This document shows positions 10,643 through 21,248 of a stretch of DNA of 64,000 bases, one piece after another. The notes beneath the pieces are model-generated. The model was not told the DNA's origin. It saw only the letters and a list, made by a program, of their open reading frames with translations, and did no database searches. Source of the DNA: Armatimonadota bacterium. GTDB taxonomy: Bacteria; Armatimonadota; SYMT01. Where the stretch lies: contig JBKBRF010000012.1 in NCBI GenBank assembly GCA_046292385.1, positions 32,001 to 96,000 on the forward strand, given 5' to 3'. Positions within the stretch are counted from its first letter, which is position 1, and the number at the start of each line of letters is the position of its first letter. The position numbers and the translations under genes were made by a program.

Positions 10643-12122
10643 GTTGGGTGAGCTAGCGAAGGCGGTTCCCGGGAGCCGCCTCTCCTCTCCGGACGCCGCG
10701 CGCCTGCAGGTGCGCGGCGTGGCTTATGATTCCCGGGCCGTGCAGCCGGGTGATCTCTTCTTCTGCGTGCGCGGATTGAAGACCGACGGCCGCCGCTTCC
10801 TCCCCGCCGCCGTGGAGCGAGGCGCCCTCGCCGCGGTGGTCGATGCCGAAGTCGAGAACCCCTCGGTCCCGCTGCTCCAGGTGCCGGACGTCCGGAAGGC
10901 GATGGGGCCGGTCTCCGCGGAGCTGTACGGTCACCCGGCGCGACACCTGGCCCTGGTCGGCATCACCGGCACCAACGGCAAGACGACGACCAGCTACCTG
11001 GTCGAAGCGATCGCGCGAGCGGCCGGGCGCCCCACCGGCGTGCTCGGCACCATCGGCGCGCGGCGGGGCGACGAGCCGCTGGAGATGGAGCACACCACGC
11101 CGGAAGCGCCGGACCTGCAGTCGCTCCTGGCCCGCATGCGCGAGGGCGTGGAGCGGCGGGTGGTGGCGATGGAGGTCTCCTCGCACGCCCTGGACCAGGG
11201 CCGCTCCCTCGGCTGCGAGTTCGACGTCGCCGCGTTCACCAACCTGACCCAGGACCACCTCGACTACCACCCGAGCATGGAAGACTACTTCCAGGCGAAG
11301 GCGCGGCTCTTCACGGAGTATCCACGCGCCAGCGAGAAGGCGTTTACGGCGGTGGTGAACGTCGATGACGAGTACGGCCGGCGGCTCGCCCGGATGGCCG
11401 AGGGCCGGGTGCTTACCTACGGAGTACGGGAGCCCGCCGACCTCCGGGCCGGAGAGATCCGCGCCTCGGTCACCGGGCTGGAGTACACGCTCACCACGCC
11501 GGAGGGCGTCTTCCCGGTCCGTCTCCGGATCGGCGGGCTGTTCAACGTCTACAACAGCCTGGCAGCGGCGGGAGCAGCGCGGGCGCTCGGGATCGACTGG
11601 CAGACGATTACCGCGGCGCTTTCGGAGGCTCCCGGCGTGCCGGGCCGTTTCGAGAGTGTCTCGGCCGGGCAAGACTTCGGCGTAATCGTCGACTACGCCC
11701 ACACGCCGGACGGGCTGGAGAACGTGCTGCGCGCCGCCCGGGCGCTGGAGCCGCGGCGGGTGCTGACCGTTTTCGGCTGCGGCGGGGACCGCGACCGCGG
11801 CAAACGGCCGATCATGGCGCGGATCGCCGCGGAGCTCTCCGACGTGGTGGTGGTGACCTCCGATAACCCGCGCAGCGAGGATCCCGACGCGATCATCCGC
11901 GAGATCCTGACCGGAATTCCCGCGGGCGCGGGCACGTGGGTGGAGACGGAGCCGGACCGTGCCCGCGCCATCGAGCGCGCGGTGTCGGCGGCGGAGACCG
12001 GCGACGTGGTGGTGATTGCCGGAAAGGGTCACGAGGATTATCAGATCTTCGCGGACCGCACGATCCATTTCGATGACCGCGAACAGGCGCGGAAGGCCCT
12101 GAATGCTCGACTATCCTCTTGA
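10635..12122 (+). CDS. murE: UDP-MurNAc-tripeptide ligase MurE
   Basis: GITGTNGKTTT, TTPEAPDLQ, MEVSSHAL, DYAHTPD, DNPRSE (DAP-type) and AGKGHE. Confidence 0.97.
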   Translation: MTELGELAKAVPGSRLSSPDAARLQVRGVAYDSRAVQPGDLFFCVRGLKTDGRRFLPAAVERGALAAVVDAEVENPSVPLLQVPDVRKAMGPVSAELYGHPARHLALVGITGTNGKTTTSYLVEAIARAAGRPTGVLGTIGARRGDEPLEMEHTTPEAPDLQSLLARMREGVERRVVAMEVSSHALDQGRSLGCEFDVAAFTNLTQDHLDYHPSMEDYFQAKARLFTEYPRASEKAFTAVVNVDDEYGRRLARMAEGRVLTYGVREPADLRAGEIRASVTGLEYTLTTPEGVFPVRLRIGGLFNVYNSLAAAGAARALGIDWQTITAALSEAPGVPGRFESVSAGQDFGVIVDYAHTPDGLENVLRAARALEPRRVLTVFGCGGDRDRGKRPIMARIAAELSDVVVVTSDNPRSEDPDAIIREILTGIPAGAGTWVETEPDRARAIERAVSAAETGDVVVIAGKGHEDYQIFADRTIHFDDREQARKALNARLSS

Positions 12123-13548
12123 GCTCCTCGCCCGCGTAATGGGCGCATCGCTCCGCTACCCCGAGGGCGGCACCGCGCGCGGGCCGGTTACCGGCGCCTG
12201 CACCGACTCTCGCAAGGTCCAGGCCGGCTTCCTCTTCTTCGCGCTGGAAGGCGAGCGGGTCGACGGCCACCGGTTCGTTCCGCAGGTGCTCGCCGAGGGC
12301 GCCGCCGCGGCCGTGGTCCGTGCCGGCTATACCCCGCCCGCCGATCTTGCCGGGCCGCTGCTCGAGGTGCCCGATCCGGTGCTGGCGCTCGGCGAGCTCG
12401 GCCTCTGGCACCGCAACCGCCACCCGGTGCGGGTGGTGGCGGTCACCGGTAGCGTCGGGAAGACCACGACCAAGGACCTCGTCGCCGCGGTGCTGGGGCA
12501 GCAGTTCCGCACCCTGAAGAGCCCGGGGAACTACAACACCGAGATCGGGCTGCCGCTGGCGCTGCTGGAGCTGCGGCCGGAGCACGAGGCGGCGGTGGTG
12601 GAGCTCTCCATGCGGGGTCCGGGGCAGATCGCCTACCTGGCGCGCCTGGCTCGACCGGAGGCGGCGATCATCACCAACATCGGACTCTCGCACCTGGAGC
12701 TGCTCGGCTCACAGGACGCGATCGCCGCCGCCAAGGGCGAGGTGCTCGACTTCCTCCCCACCCGGGGCGCGGCGATACTGCCGGCGGACGACGCCTACTT
12801 CGAGACGCTCCGCGGCCGCCTGCTGCCGGACGTCCGCTGTATCGCGTTCGGAGAGCAGTCTCGCGGCGGGGAACAGGTCTCCGGCTCTTACTTCGGCCCC
12901 TCCGCTCCTCCCACCGGCCGGGGCACCAACGGCGCGCTCGGGTCCCGGTTCGCGCTCCACCCGCGCGGCAAGCCGACCCAGAGGGCGTGGATGCCGCTGC
13001 TGGGCCGGCACAACATGCGCAACGCGCTCGCCGCCGCCGCGGCGGGCGCCGCGCTGGGGATCACCTGGGCTCGGATCGCGCGGGGGCTCGCGCAGGCCGA
13101 GATCTCCGGCATGCGGATGGAGACGCACCGGCTGAGCGACGGCTCTCTAATTCTGGATGACGCCTACAACGCGAGCAGCCCGGAGGCGATGTTCGGTGCT
13201 CTGGAGGTACTACGGGAGGTCGACGGCCTTCGCCGGACAGCGGTGCTCGGAAGCATGCTGGAGCTCGGTCCCGCCTCCGAAGACGCCCACCGGCGGGTCG
13301 GCGAGGCGGTCGCGGCGCACCCGCCCGGGTTCCTGGTCACGGTCGGCGAGGGCGGGCGGCTCATCGCGGAGGCGGCGAAGGACGCAGGCTACTCGGACGA
13401 CCGGATCGCCGTCTGCGCCTCCAACGACGAGGCGATCGAGACCCTCCGGGAGCGCCGCAGGCCCGGCGACGTGATCCTGGTGAAGGGGAGCCGCGGCGTG
13501 GCGATGGAGTCGATCGTGCGCGCGCTGCGCGAGGACGCCGATGCCTGA
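12103..13548 (+). CDS. murF: UDP-MurNAc-tripeptide-D-Ala-D-Ala ligase MurF
   Basis: VTGSVGKTTTK, NYNTEIGLP, DDAYNA, LGSMLELG and LVKGSRG. Confidence 0.97.
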   Translation: MLDYPLELLARVMGASLRYPEGGTARGPVTGACTDSRKVQAGFLFFALEGERVDGHRFVPQVLAEGAAAAVVRAGYTPPADLAGPLLEVPDPVLALGELGLWHRNRHPVRVVAVTGSVGKTTTKDLVAAVLGQQFRTLKSPGNYNTEIGLPLALLELRPEHEAAVVELSMRGPGQIAYLARLARPEAAIITNIGLSHLELLGSQDAIAAAKGEVLDFLPTRGAAILPADDAYFETLRGRLLPDVRCIAFGEQSRGGEQVSGSYFGPSAPPTGRGTNGALGSRFALHPRGKPTQRAWMPLLGRHNMRNALAAAAAGAALGITWARIARGLAQAEISGMRMETHRLSDGSLILDDAYNASSPEAMFGALEVLREVDGLRRTAVLGSMLELGPASEDAHRRVGEAVAAHPPGFLVTVGEGGRLIAEAAKDAGYSDDRIAVCASNDEAIETLRERRRPGDVILVKGSRGVAMESIVRALREDADA

Positions 13549-14587
13549 GCTGAGCAGCCTGTTCGTGCCGTTCCTGCTCGGCCTGGTTGCCGCGCTCGCC
13601 GGCGGCGCCTGGATGATCCCGGTCCTCCGCAGGCTCAAGGCGGGACAGACGATCAGCACCGACGCGCCGGAGCGCCACCTGGCGAAGGGCGGCACGCCGA
13701 CCATGGGCGGCGCCATCATCCTGTCCGGCGGCCTGATCGGCAGCCTGGCGGTGCTCGGCTGGGCGCCTCGCGACTTGCGCCTGCTGGCCGCCGTGGGGCT
13801 CTGCACCTTCGGTTTCGGGCTGATCGGGTTCATCGACGACTACCTGATCATCAAGCGGGGCAAGAACCTGGGCCTCCGTGCCCGGGAGAAGCTGCTGCTC
13901 CAGTTCCTGGTCGCCATCGCGTTCGTCTGGTGGCACTACGTGGAAGCGGGCTCGCCGGGCCCCTGGGTGGCGGCCACCGATCCTGTGGCGCTCGGACCTT
14001 TCGGCGGCTTCCTGAAGCTCATTTCGTGGCCGCCGCTGGTGCTCGCCTACGAGGTTCTGCTTCTGGTCGGCATGTCGAACGCGGTCAACCTCACCGACGG
14101 CCTCGACGGCCTGGCAGCGGGTGTCAGCCTGCCGGTCTGGATCGGGCTGGCGCTGCTGGCGGCGTTCGGGGCATTTGCCACGATTCGACCCGGCGAGCAG
14201 CCGGTCTCCTATCCCGGCGTCGCCACCTTCTGCGCGGCGATGGCGGGCGGCACGCTCGGCTACCTCTGGTACAACGCCCACCCGGCGCAGGTCTTCATGG
14301 GCGACACCGGCTCCCTGGCGATCGGCGGCGGGATCGCCGCTGCTGCGATTGCCTGCGGGCATGAGTGGACGGTGCTGCTGCTCGGGCTGGTCCACGTCGT
14401 CGAAGCCGGCTCCGTCACGGCGCAGGTGATCTCCTTCAAGACGACCGGACGCCGCATTCTAAAGATGTCCCCTCTCCACCACCACTTCGAGCTGTGCGAC
14501 TGGCCGGAGACGCGCATCGTGGCGCGGTTCGCGATCGCCAGCACGCTCTGCGTAATCGGGGCGCTCGCCTGGGTGATGCGCGGATGA
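13541..14587 (+). CDS. mraY: phospho-N-acetylmuramoyl-pentapeptide transferase MraY
   Basis: KGGTPTMGG, DDY, NAVNLTDGLDGLA, VFMGDTGSL and PLHHHFE. Confidence 0.97.
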   Translation: MPELSSLFVPFLLGLVAALAGGAWMIPVLRRLKAGQTISTDAPERHLAKGGTPTMGGAIILSGGLIGSLAVLGWAPRDLRLLAAVGLCTFGFGLIGFIDDYLIIKRGKNLGLRAREKLLLQFLVAIAFVWWHYVEAGSPGPWVAATDPVALGPFGGFLKLISWPPLVLAYEVLLLVGMSNAVNLTDGLDGLAAGVSLPVWIGLALLAAFGAFATIRPGEQPVSYPGVATFCAAMAGGTLGYLWYNAHPAQVFMGDTGSLAIGGGIAAAAIACGHEWTVLLLGLVHVVEAGSVTAQVISFKTTGRRILKMSPLHHHFELCDWPETRIVARFAIASTLCVIGALAWVMRG

Positions 14588-15990
14588 GCCACGCCAGCGA
14601 ATTTGCCGGAAAGAAGATCGCCGTCATCGGCGCGGCCGCCACCGGCCTGGCGGCCGCGCCGGTGCTCTCTCGGCTCGGGGCCGCGGTTCGCGTCTACGAC
14701 TCCCGTCCCGCCGCGGAGCTGGGCGCCGCTCCGGAGAAGCTCCGCGACTTCGCCGAGCTCCGGCTGGGCGATCCGGGCTATCCCGGTATCGAGGAGTGCG
14801 ACCTGATCGTGCCCAGCCCCGGCGTGCCGATGGACGCGGAGGTGCTGCAGGCGGCGGTCCGCCGCGGCACCCCGGTCCTCTCCGAGATCGAGGTGGCGTA
14901 CCGGCTCGCCCGGGCGCCGATCGTCGCCGTGACCGGCACCAACGGCAAGACCACCACCGTGATGATGTCGGCCGAGGTGCTCGGCGCCGAAGGCGGGGCG
15001 GTACAGGTGGCCGGCAACGTGCTGGCGGGCGGGTTCCAGGTGCCGCTCGTGCGCGCCGCGGAAGAGGTGCCCGCAGAGGCCTGGATCGTCTCCGAGGTGA
15101 GCAGCTTCCAGCTCGAGTGGGTGGCGGGTTTCCGTCCCAGAATCGCCGTGATTACCAACATCACCGCGGACCATTTGAACCGACATAAGACGGTGGAGCG
15201 ATACGTAGCGGCGAAGGCGCGCCTGCTCGAGTCCCAGACCGCCTCCGACTGGACCGTCCTCAACCTGGAGAACCCGGCGACCCGCGACCTGATGCCGGCG
15301 GCCCGGGGACGCCTCCTGCGGTTCGGCCGGAGCACCCACGAGTGGGAAGGCACCTGGACCGAAGAGCGCGGCGGCCGGCGCTGGATCCGGGGCCGGCTGC
15401 GAGATCGGGTGGTCGACATCGCCCCGGTCGATGCGCTGAAGGTACCCGGCGAGCACACCGTGGAGAACGCGCTCGCGGCGGCGGCGGTCGGGCTGGCGGC
15501 GGGCATTGCGCCGGAGGCGATCGGCCGGGCGCTGGGCGAGTTCCGCGGCGTGGCCGACCGAATGGAGCTGGTGCGGCAGATCGACGGCGTCGACTATGTA
15601 AACAACACGATGTGCACCAATGTCGACGCGGCGGTCCGAAGCATCGAGGCGTATTCCCGGCCGGTGGTGCTGATCGCCGGGGGGCGGAACAAGGATCTCG
15701 ACCTGGAGCCGCTGGGACGCTGCATCGCGGAGCGGGTGAAGAGCCTGGTCGCCATCGGTACGGACGGCCCGCACATTGCGGAGAGCGCGCGGCGCCACGG
15801 CTTCGACCGGATCCGCACCGCGGGCTCGATGGAAGAGGCGGTCCGCGCGGCGCGGGATGAGGCGGAAGCCGGCGATGTGGTGTTGCTGGCGCCCGCCTGC
15901 GCCAGCTTCGATTGGTACAGCAGCTTTGAGGAGCGCGGACGCGACTTCCGCCAACAGGTGAACCGGCTGGTTGAAAACCGGCCCCAATGA
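14584..15990 (+). CDS. murD: UDP-MurNAc-L-Ala-D-Glu ligase MurD
   Basis: SPGVP, VTGTNGKTTT, EVSSFQLE, DHLNRH and LLAPACASFD...FEERG. ATG overlaps the mraY stop. Confidence 0.96.
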   Translation: MSHASEFAGKKIAVIGAAATGLAAAPVLSRLGAAVRVYDSRPAAELGAAPEKLRDFAELRLGDPGYPGIEECDLIVPSPGVPMDAEVLQAAVRRGTPVLSEIEVAYRLARAPIVAVTGTNGKTTTVMMSAEVLGAEGGAVQVAGNVLAGGFQVPLVRAAEEVPAEAWIVSEVSSFQLEWVAGFRPRIAVITNITADHLNRHKTVERYVAAKARLLESQTASDWTVLNLENPATRDLMPAARGRLLRFGRSTHEWEGTWTEERGGRRWIRGRLRDRVVDIAPVDALKVPGEHTVENALAAAAVGLAAGIAPEAIGRALGEFRGVADRMELVRQIDGVDYVNNTMCTNVDAAVRSIEAYSRPVVLIAGGRNKDLDLEPLGRCIAERVKSLVAIGTDGPHIAESARRHGFDRIRTAGSMEEAVRAARDEAEAGDVVLLAPACASFDWYSSFEERGRDFRQQVNRLVENRPQ

Positions 15991-17210
15991 AAGAGGGACG
16001 AGGTAGTATGCAAGCCGTCCAGGAACGACAGCGCTGCGATTGGCAGCTACTGATGATCACCGTCCTGCTGCTGATTCTCGGCACGGCGGTGGTCCTCTCC
16101 TCGAGCTGGGTGCTCGGGACGGAGTCGTTCGGCAACGATGGCTTCTACTTCTTCAAGCGGCAGGTCCAGTGGGCCGGCCTGGCGCTGGTGGCGCTCACCC
16201 TGACCCTGCGATTCCCCTACTGGCATTTTCGCGATTGGAAGCTCTGGGGCGTCGGGCTGGCCGCGGCCTTCGCACTGCTGGTGGCGGTGCTCGTCATCGG
16301 CAAAGAGGTGAACGGCTCCAAGCGCTGGATCAGCGTCGGCCCGATCGGCTTCCAGCCGTCCGAGTTCGCCAAGGTAATGATGGTCGTCTTCCTCGCCCGC
16401 TACTCGGAGCTGTGGCGCGGCCGCATCCAGCACCTCACCAAGGGGTTCTTGCCGCCGGTCATCACGGTACTCGGCCTCGGCGCGCTGGTGGCGAAGGAAG
16501 ACCTCGGCACCGCGATCGTCCTGATCGGCACCGGGCTGCTGATGATCGTGATGATGGGCGCCCGCAAGCGGCACGTGGCCGGGCTGATCGCCTTTGCGGT
16601 GCTCGCCGGGTGCGTCTTGATCGCGGTGGAGCCCTACCGCCAGGAGCGCATCAGCGCCTGGATCAAGGTCGTCTCCAATCCGGTCGCGGCGTATCAGGAT
16701 GCCGCCTACCAGCCGTCGCAGGGACTCATCGCCCTCGGCAGCGGCGGGCTCAAGGGCAACGGCGTGATGCTCGGCACCGCCAAGCACCTCTACCTGCCGG
16801 AAGCGCACACCGACTACATCCTCTCCACCGTAGGGGAGGAGACCGGCTTCCTGGGCTGCGTGGCGCTGCTGCTCCTCTTCGCCTGGCTGCTGATCCGCGG
16901 GCTGACGATCGCCCACCGGACGCGGGACTGGTTTGGAAGCCTGATCGCCGCCGGAATGACCTCCATGATCGCGCTGCAGGCGATGCTGAACGTGGCCGTG
17001 GTCACGAGCATCTTCCCCTGCACCGGCGTGCCGCTGCCGTTCATCAGCTACGGCGGCACCTCGCTGCTGTTCACCGCGGTGGCGATCGGAATGGTGTTGA
17101 ACGTGTCGCAGTATCCCGGAGGGCCTCCGGCGATGGCGAGGGAGAAACGTCGACGTGAGAGTCGTGCTGACGGGTGGCGGAACCGGCGGGCACATCTATC
17201 CCGCTCTTAG
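15987..17210 (+). CDS. ftsW: SEDS peptidoglycan polymerase FtsW
   Basis: NGSKRWI, QPSEFAK, DLGT, YLPEAHTDY, EETGF and GVPLPFISYGGTSL. Confidence 0.95.
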   Translation: MKEGRGSMQAVQERQRCDWQLLMITVLLLILGTAVVLSSSWVLGTESFGNDGFYFFKRQVQWAGLALVALTLTLRFPYWHFRDWKLWGVGLAAAFALLVAVLVIGKEVNGSKRWISVGPIGFQPSEFAKVMMVVFLARYSELWRGRIQHLTKGFLPPVITVLGLGALVAKEDLGTAIVLIGTGLLMIVMMGARKRHVAGLIAFAVLAGCVLIAVEPYRQERISAWIKVVSNPVAAYQDAAYQPSQGLIALGSGGLKGNGVMLGTAKHLYLPEAHTDYILSTVGEETGFLGCVALLLLFAWLLIRGLTIAHRTRDWFGSLIAAGMTSMIALQAMLNVAVVTSIFPCTGVPLPFISYGGTSLLFTAVAIGMVLNVSQYPGGPPAMAREKRRRESRADGWRNRRAHLSRS

Positions 17211-18222
17211 CGTGGCGCAGTGCCTGACCGATGCCGAGCTGCTCTACGTCGGCACGGCGGAGGGGCCCGAAGCGCAGATCGTGCCCCGCTCGGGGTTGAC
17301 GTTCCGCACCGTTCCGAGCCGCAAGCTGAGCCGCCGGCCCTCGCCGGGGGCTCTTCTCGCGCTGGCGGTCTCTACCTGGGGCGTGCTGCGCGCTGCCGCG
17401 CTGCTGCGGAGCTGGCGCCCGGACGTCGTCCTCGGCACCGGCGGCTACGCCTCGGCGGGCGTGATGTTCGCCGCGGCGCTGCTCCGAATCCCGACGGTGG
17501 TCCACGAGGCGAACGCCGTCCCCGGCCGCGTCAACCAGCTCCTCGGCCGGCTCTGCACCCGCGTCGCGATCACCTACGCCGCTTCCGAACGCTACTTCTC
17601 CGGCGCCCGCACCGTGCTGACCGGCCTGCCGGTACGCGCCGGCCTCCGGACCGCCGACCCGACGTGGGCGCAGCAGGAGTACCGTCTCGACCCCGCCCGC
17701 CCCACGCTCCTGGTGACCGGCGGCAGCGGCGGGGCGCAGACGCTCAACCGGGCGGTGGTGCAGGCGCTCCCCCGGCTGGGCGTGCAGGTGGTGCACCAGA
17801 CCGGTAAGAAGCTGCTCGCCGACGTCCGCGCGGAGGTCGGCCAGGTGCCGGAGTGGTACCACCCGACCGACTACGTGGAAGACCTTCCCTCGCTGATGGC
17901 CGCTTCCCGTCTGATCGTCTGCCGCGGCGGCTCCTCCACGCTTTCCGAGGTCACCGCCGTCGGCCGGCCCGCCATCGTGGTCCCCTACCCGTACGCCGTG
18001 GCCGACCACCAGACGAAGAACGCGAGCGCCCTGGCGGACGCCGGAGCGGTCCTGCTGGTGCCGGACGCCGAGTTGGACGGAGCCCGCCTGACGCGAGAGG
18101 TGGAAGCGCTGCTCGCCGATCCCGCCCGCCTCCAGCGGATGCAAGACGCGAGCCGCGCGCAGGGCCGTCCGGAAGCGGCACGGGAAGTGGCGGACCTCCT
18201 GCGGGAGGTAGCGCGGCGGTGA
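17155..18222 (+). CDS. murG: MurG glycosyltransferase
   Basis: GGGTGGHIYP, GTGGYAS, HEANAVPG, GGSGGA and HQTKNA. Confidence 0.97.
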   Translation: MRVVLTGGGTGGHIYPALSVAQCLTDAELLYVGTAEGPEAQIVPRSGLTFRTVPSRKLSRRPSPGALLALAVSTWGVLRAAALLRSWRPDVVLGTGGYASAGVMFAAALLRIPTVVHEANAVPGRVNQLLGRLCTRVAITYAASERYFSGARTVLTGLPVRAGLRTADPTWAQQEYRLDPARPTLLVTGGSGGAQTLNRAVVQALPRLGVQVVHQTGKKLLADVRAEVGQVPEWYHPTDYVEDLPSLMAASRLIVCRGGSSTLSEVTAVGRPAIVVPYPYAVADHQTKNASALADAGAVLLVPDAELDGARLTREVEALLADPARLQRMQDASRAQGRPEAAREVADLLREVARR

Positions 18223-18780
18223 TAACGTGAGGTGCCTGGGTAACTGCCGGGCGGTTGCCGGATGGCGGAGCTGGCCTGCCGCAGTCCTCTCACGCCCTCC
18301 AGGCTAGCGGACTACTCCAGGCGGGCTCTTCGCAGGTCAAGATCAGGCTGCGCTGCGATGTGGCAATGAGAGCCAGGGAGCCTTCGGCTTCCTGGCAGCC
18401 AGGAACCAGGGCGCCTAGAAGGCGCCACCTGTGAACCCCCCTGGGCGCAGGGGGGTTCGCTCGAAGGGTCGGGAGACAGCCCGTGAACTGAGCCGCTGCG
18501 GAGATGCACGCTTTGGCGCGGGAAGAGCGCCTCGGGCCGCTCTCCCGGAGCGGCCCGCTAACGGAGCGAAGCGGAGTGTGAAAGGGCCGGCGGAGGGCCC
18601 TCGTCGCGGGAGGGCTGACTCCCGGCACAAGGGCGCGGGGTCGGACCCTCGGTCCCGGCGCTGCCTGACGTAGAGCGATGGCCGGAAGACGAGCAGAAAA
18701 CAGACCGCCGGGACGCATAGTCTTCCCCCACAGACGGAATATCCACCGCTGAGAATCAACGCAAGAACGAAGGCGCGAGA

Positions 18781-20169
18781 GTGATGGGCGAGAGTTACCA
18801 CTTCATCGGGATCGGCGGCTCGGGGATGAGCGGCCTGGCGCGGCTGCTGCTGGCGGACGGCGTCTCCGTGACCGGCTCGGACGTGAAGGAGAGCGAGACG
18901 GTGCGCTCCCTCCGGGCGGCCGGCGCGCGGATCGAGATCGGGCACCGGGCGGAGAACGTGGCAGAGGGCACCACGCGGGTGGTCTACACCGCCGCGGTGA
19001 AGGACGACAATCCGGAGCTGCAGGAGGCCCGCCGGCGGGGGCTGCCGGCGATTCTGCGCGCGCAGATGCTGGGCGAGGTGATGGCCGGCAAGACCGGGAT
19101 CGCCATCGCCGGGACGCACGGCAAGACCACCACCACCGGCATGGCCGCGTCGGTCTTCCTGGCGGCGCAGACCGACCCGAGCATCCTGATCGGCGGGGAC
19201 TGGTCGCTCCTCGGCAGCAACGCGCGCGGCGGGCGGGGACGTCACTTCCTGGCGGAGGCGTGCGAGGCGTTCGACTCGTTCCTGGAGCTGAAGCCGCACG
19301 TCGCGGTGCTGACGAACGTGGAGGCGGACCACCTCGACTGGCACGGCTCGCTGGAGGGCGTGATCCGGGCGTTCCGCCGGTTCCTGGAGCGGGTCGACGC
19401 GGACGGGTATGTGGTCGGCTGCGCGGAGGACGAGAACGTCTGCCGCCTGCTGGGCGAGATCCCGCAGCGGACCGTCAGCTACGCGATCGACTGCGACGCC
19501 GATTACGTGGCTTCCGAGCTGAACCTGGAGCGCCGGCAGCCCTCCTACCGGCTGCTGCGCCGCGGCGAAGCGCTGGGCCTCGTGCACGTCGGCGTGCCGG
19601 GACGCCACAACGTCCTCAACTCCCTCGCGGTGGCGGCGGTGGCACTGGAGGAAGGCCTGCCGTTCGAAGCGGTGGCGGAAGGGCTGCGGCGCTTCACCGG
19701 CGTGGAGCGGCGCTTCGAGACGCTGGGAGAAGTCGACGACATCCTGGTGCTCGACGACTACGCCCACCACCCGACGGAGGTCCGCGCCACCCTGGCGGCG
19801 GCGAAGGCGAGCCTGGGGCGGCCGCTGACCGTCGTCTTCCAGCCGCACCTCTTCAGCCGCACCCAGCTGCTCCTGGACGACTTCGCCGTCAGCTTCGGCG
19901 ACGCGGATCGGCTCTTCGTGACCGAGATCTATCCCGCGCGTGAGCAGCCGATCCCCGGCATCACCGGAGCGCTGCTCGCCTCCCGCGTCCGGGAGCACGC
20001 GCCGGGACAGGTGGAGCACGCGCCGGACCGGGCGGCGCTGCGCGAGCGGCTGCTGGCGGAGGCAAAGCCGGGCGACGTGATCATCACGATGGGCGCGGGC
20101 GACGTGCGGGAGCTGGGAGAAGAGCTGGCGGAACGGCTGCGGGAGCGGGGGGCGGTATGTCGAGGATAA
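18781..20169 (+). CDS. murC: UDP-MurNAc-L-alanine ligase MurC
   Basis: FIGIGGSGMSGLA, GTHGKTTTT, DDYAHHPTE, FQPH and TMGAG. Confidence 0.97.
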   Translation: MMGESYHFIGIGGSGMSGLARLLLADGVSVTGSDVKESETVRSLRAAGARIEIGHRAENVAEGTTRVVYTAAVKDDNPELQEARRRGLPAILRAQMLGEVMAGKTGIAIAGTHGKTTTTGMAASVFLAAQTDPSILIGGDWSLLGSNARGGRGRHFLAEACEAFDSFLELKPHVAVLTNVEADHLDWHGSLEGVIRAFRRFLERVDADGYVVGCAEDENVCRLLGEIPQRTVSYAIDCDADYVASELNLERRQPSYRLLRRGEALGLVHVGVPGRHNVLNSLAVAAVALEEGLPFEAVAEGLRRFTGVERRFETLGEVDDILVLDDYAHHPTEVRATLAAAKASLGRPLTVVFQPHLFSRTQLLLDDFAVSFGDADRLFVTEIYPAREQPIPGITGALLASRVREHAPGQVEHAPDRAALRERLLAEAKPGDVIITMGAGDVRELGEELAERLRERGAVCRG

Positions 20170-21248
20170 GGGTCGCGGTGCTGATGGGCGGGACTTCTTC
20201 GGAGCGGCGGGTGTCGCTCTCTACGGGACGGCAGGTAATCGAGTCGCTCGATCCGGAGCGGTACGAGGCGTTCCCGATCGACACCGCCTACCTGAACCGG
20301 CCGGCGCTTTCCGGCGGCGGCGGGAACGGGGCCGGCACACCCTCCCCGGCGCTGGAATCCGGAGCGCAGCAGACCGATAATCTAACCGGACCGGCACGAG
20401 AGCTGCCGGACCCCTCCCTGCCGCCGCTGGTCGGGCGGAACCGTCCGGACGTGGCGGTGATCTGTCTCCACGGAAAGCATGGCGAGGACGGCACGATCCA
20501 GGGCATGCTGGAGCTGCTCGACATCCCCTACACCGGATCGGGCGTGCTCGCGAGCGCGCTGGCGATCGACAAGCTGATGTCGAAGAAGGTCTTCGAGTGG
20601 GAAGGCATTCCGACGCCGCCCTCGGTCCCCTTGCGGAGCTGGCGGGACGCGGAGCGGTTCCTGGCGGAGCTCGCGGCGGGCGAGGCGCGGGTGACCTGTC
20701 CGCTGGTGGTGAAGCCGAGCCGGCAGGGCTCGACGATCGGGATCTCGATCGTGCACGAGCCGGCCGAGGTGCGGCTCGCGCTGGAGAAGGCGTTCGAGTT
20801 CGACAGCGACGTGCTGGTGGAGGCGTTCGTCGAAGGGATCGAGATCACCGGCGCCGTGTTGGGGAACGACGACCTGCTTTGCCTGCCGCTGGTGGAGATC
20901 GTGCCGGCGAGCGGCTTCTACGATTTCGAAGCGAAGTATACGCCGGGGGCGACCGACGAGATCGTCCCCGCGCGGATCCCGGAGCCGGTGACGAAGCGAG
21001 CGCAGGAGCTGGCGCTGCGGGCACACCAGGCGCTGGGATGCCGCGGGTTCTCCCGCACCGACATGCTGGTGCGCGGAGAAGAAGTCTGGGTGCTGGAAAC
21101 CAACACCATCCCGGGAATGACGCCGACCAGCCTCCTGCCGCGCGCGGCGCAGGCGGCGGGGATCCCATTTCCGCAGCTGGTAGAGCGGATGATTGAGCTT
21201 GCCCTGGAGGGGCGCGACGGTGGCCCGCAAGACAAAGCCAAAGAGTGA
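20157..21248 (+). CDS. ddl: D-alanine--D-alanine ligase
   Basis: GGTSSERRVSL, LHGKHGEDGTIQG, YDFEAKY and ETNTIPGMTPTSLLP. Confidence 0.97.
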   Translation: MSRIRVAVLMGGTSSERRVSLSTGRQVIESLDPERYEAFPIDTAYLNRPALSGGGGNGAGTPSPALESGAQQTDNLTGPARELPDPSLPPLVGRNRPDVAVICLHGKHGEDGTIQGMLELLDIPYTGSGVLASALAIDKLMSKKVFEWEGIPTPPSVPLRSWRDAERFLAELAAGEARVTCPLVVKPSRQGSTIGISIVHEPAEVRLALEKAFEFDSDVLVEAFVEGIEITGAVLGNDDLLCLPLVEIVPASGFYDFEAKYTPGATDEIVPARIPEPVTKRAQELALRAHQALGCRGFSRTDMLVRGEEVWVLETNTIPGMTPTSLLPRAAQAAGIPFPQLVERMIELALEGRDGGPQDKAKE

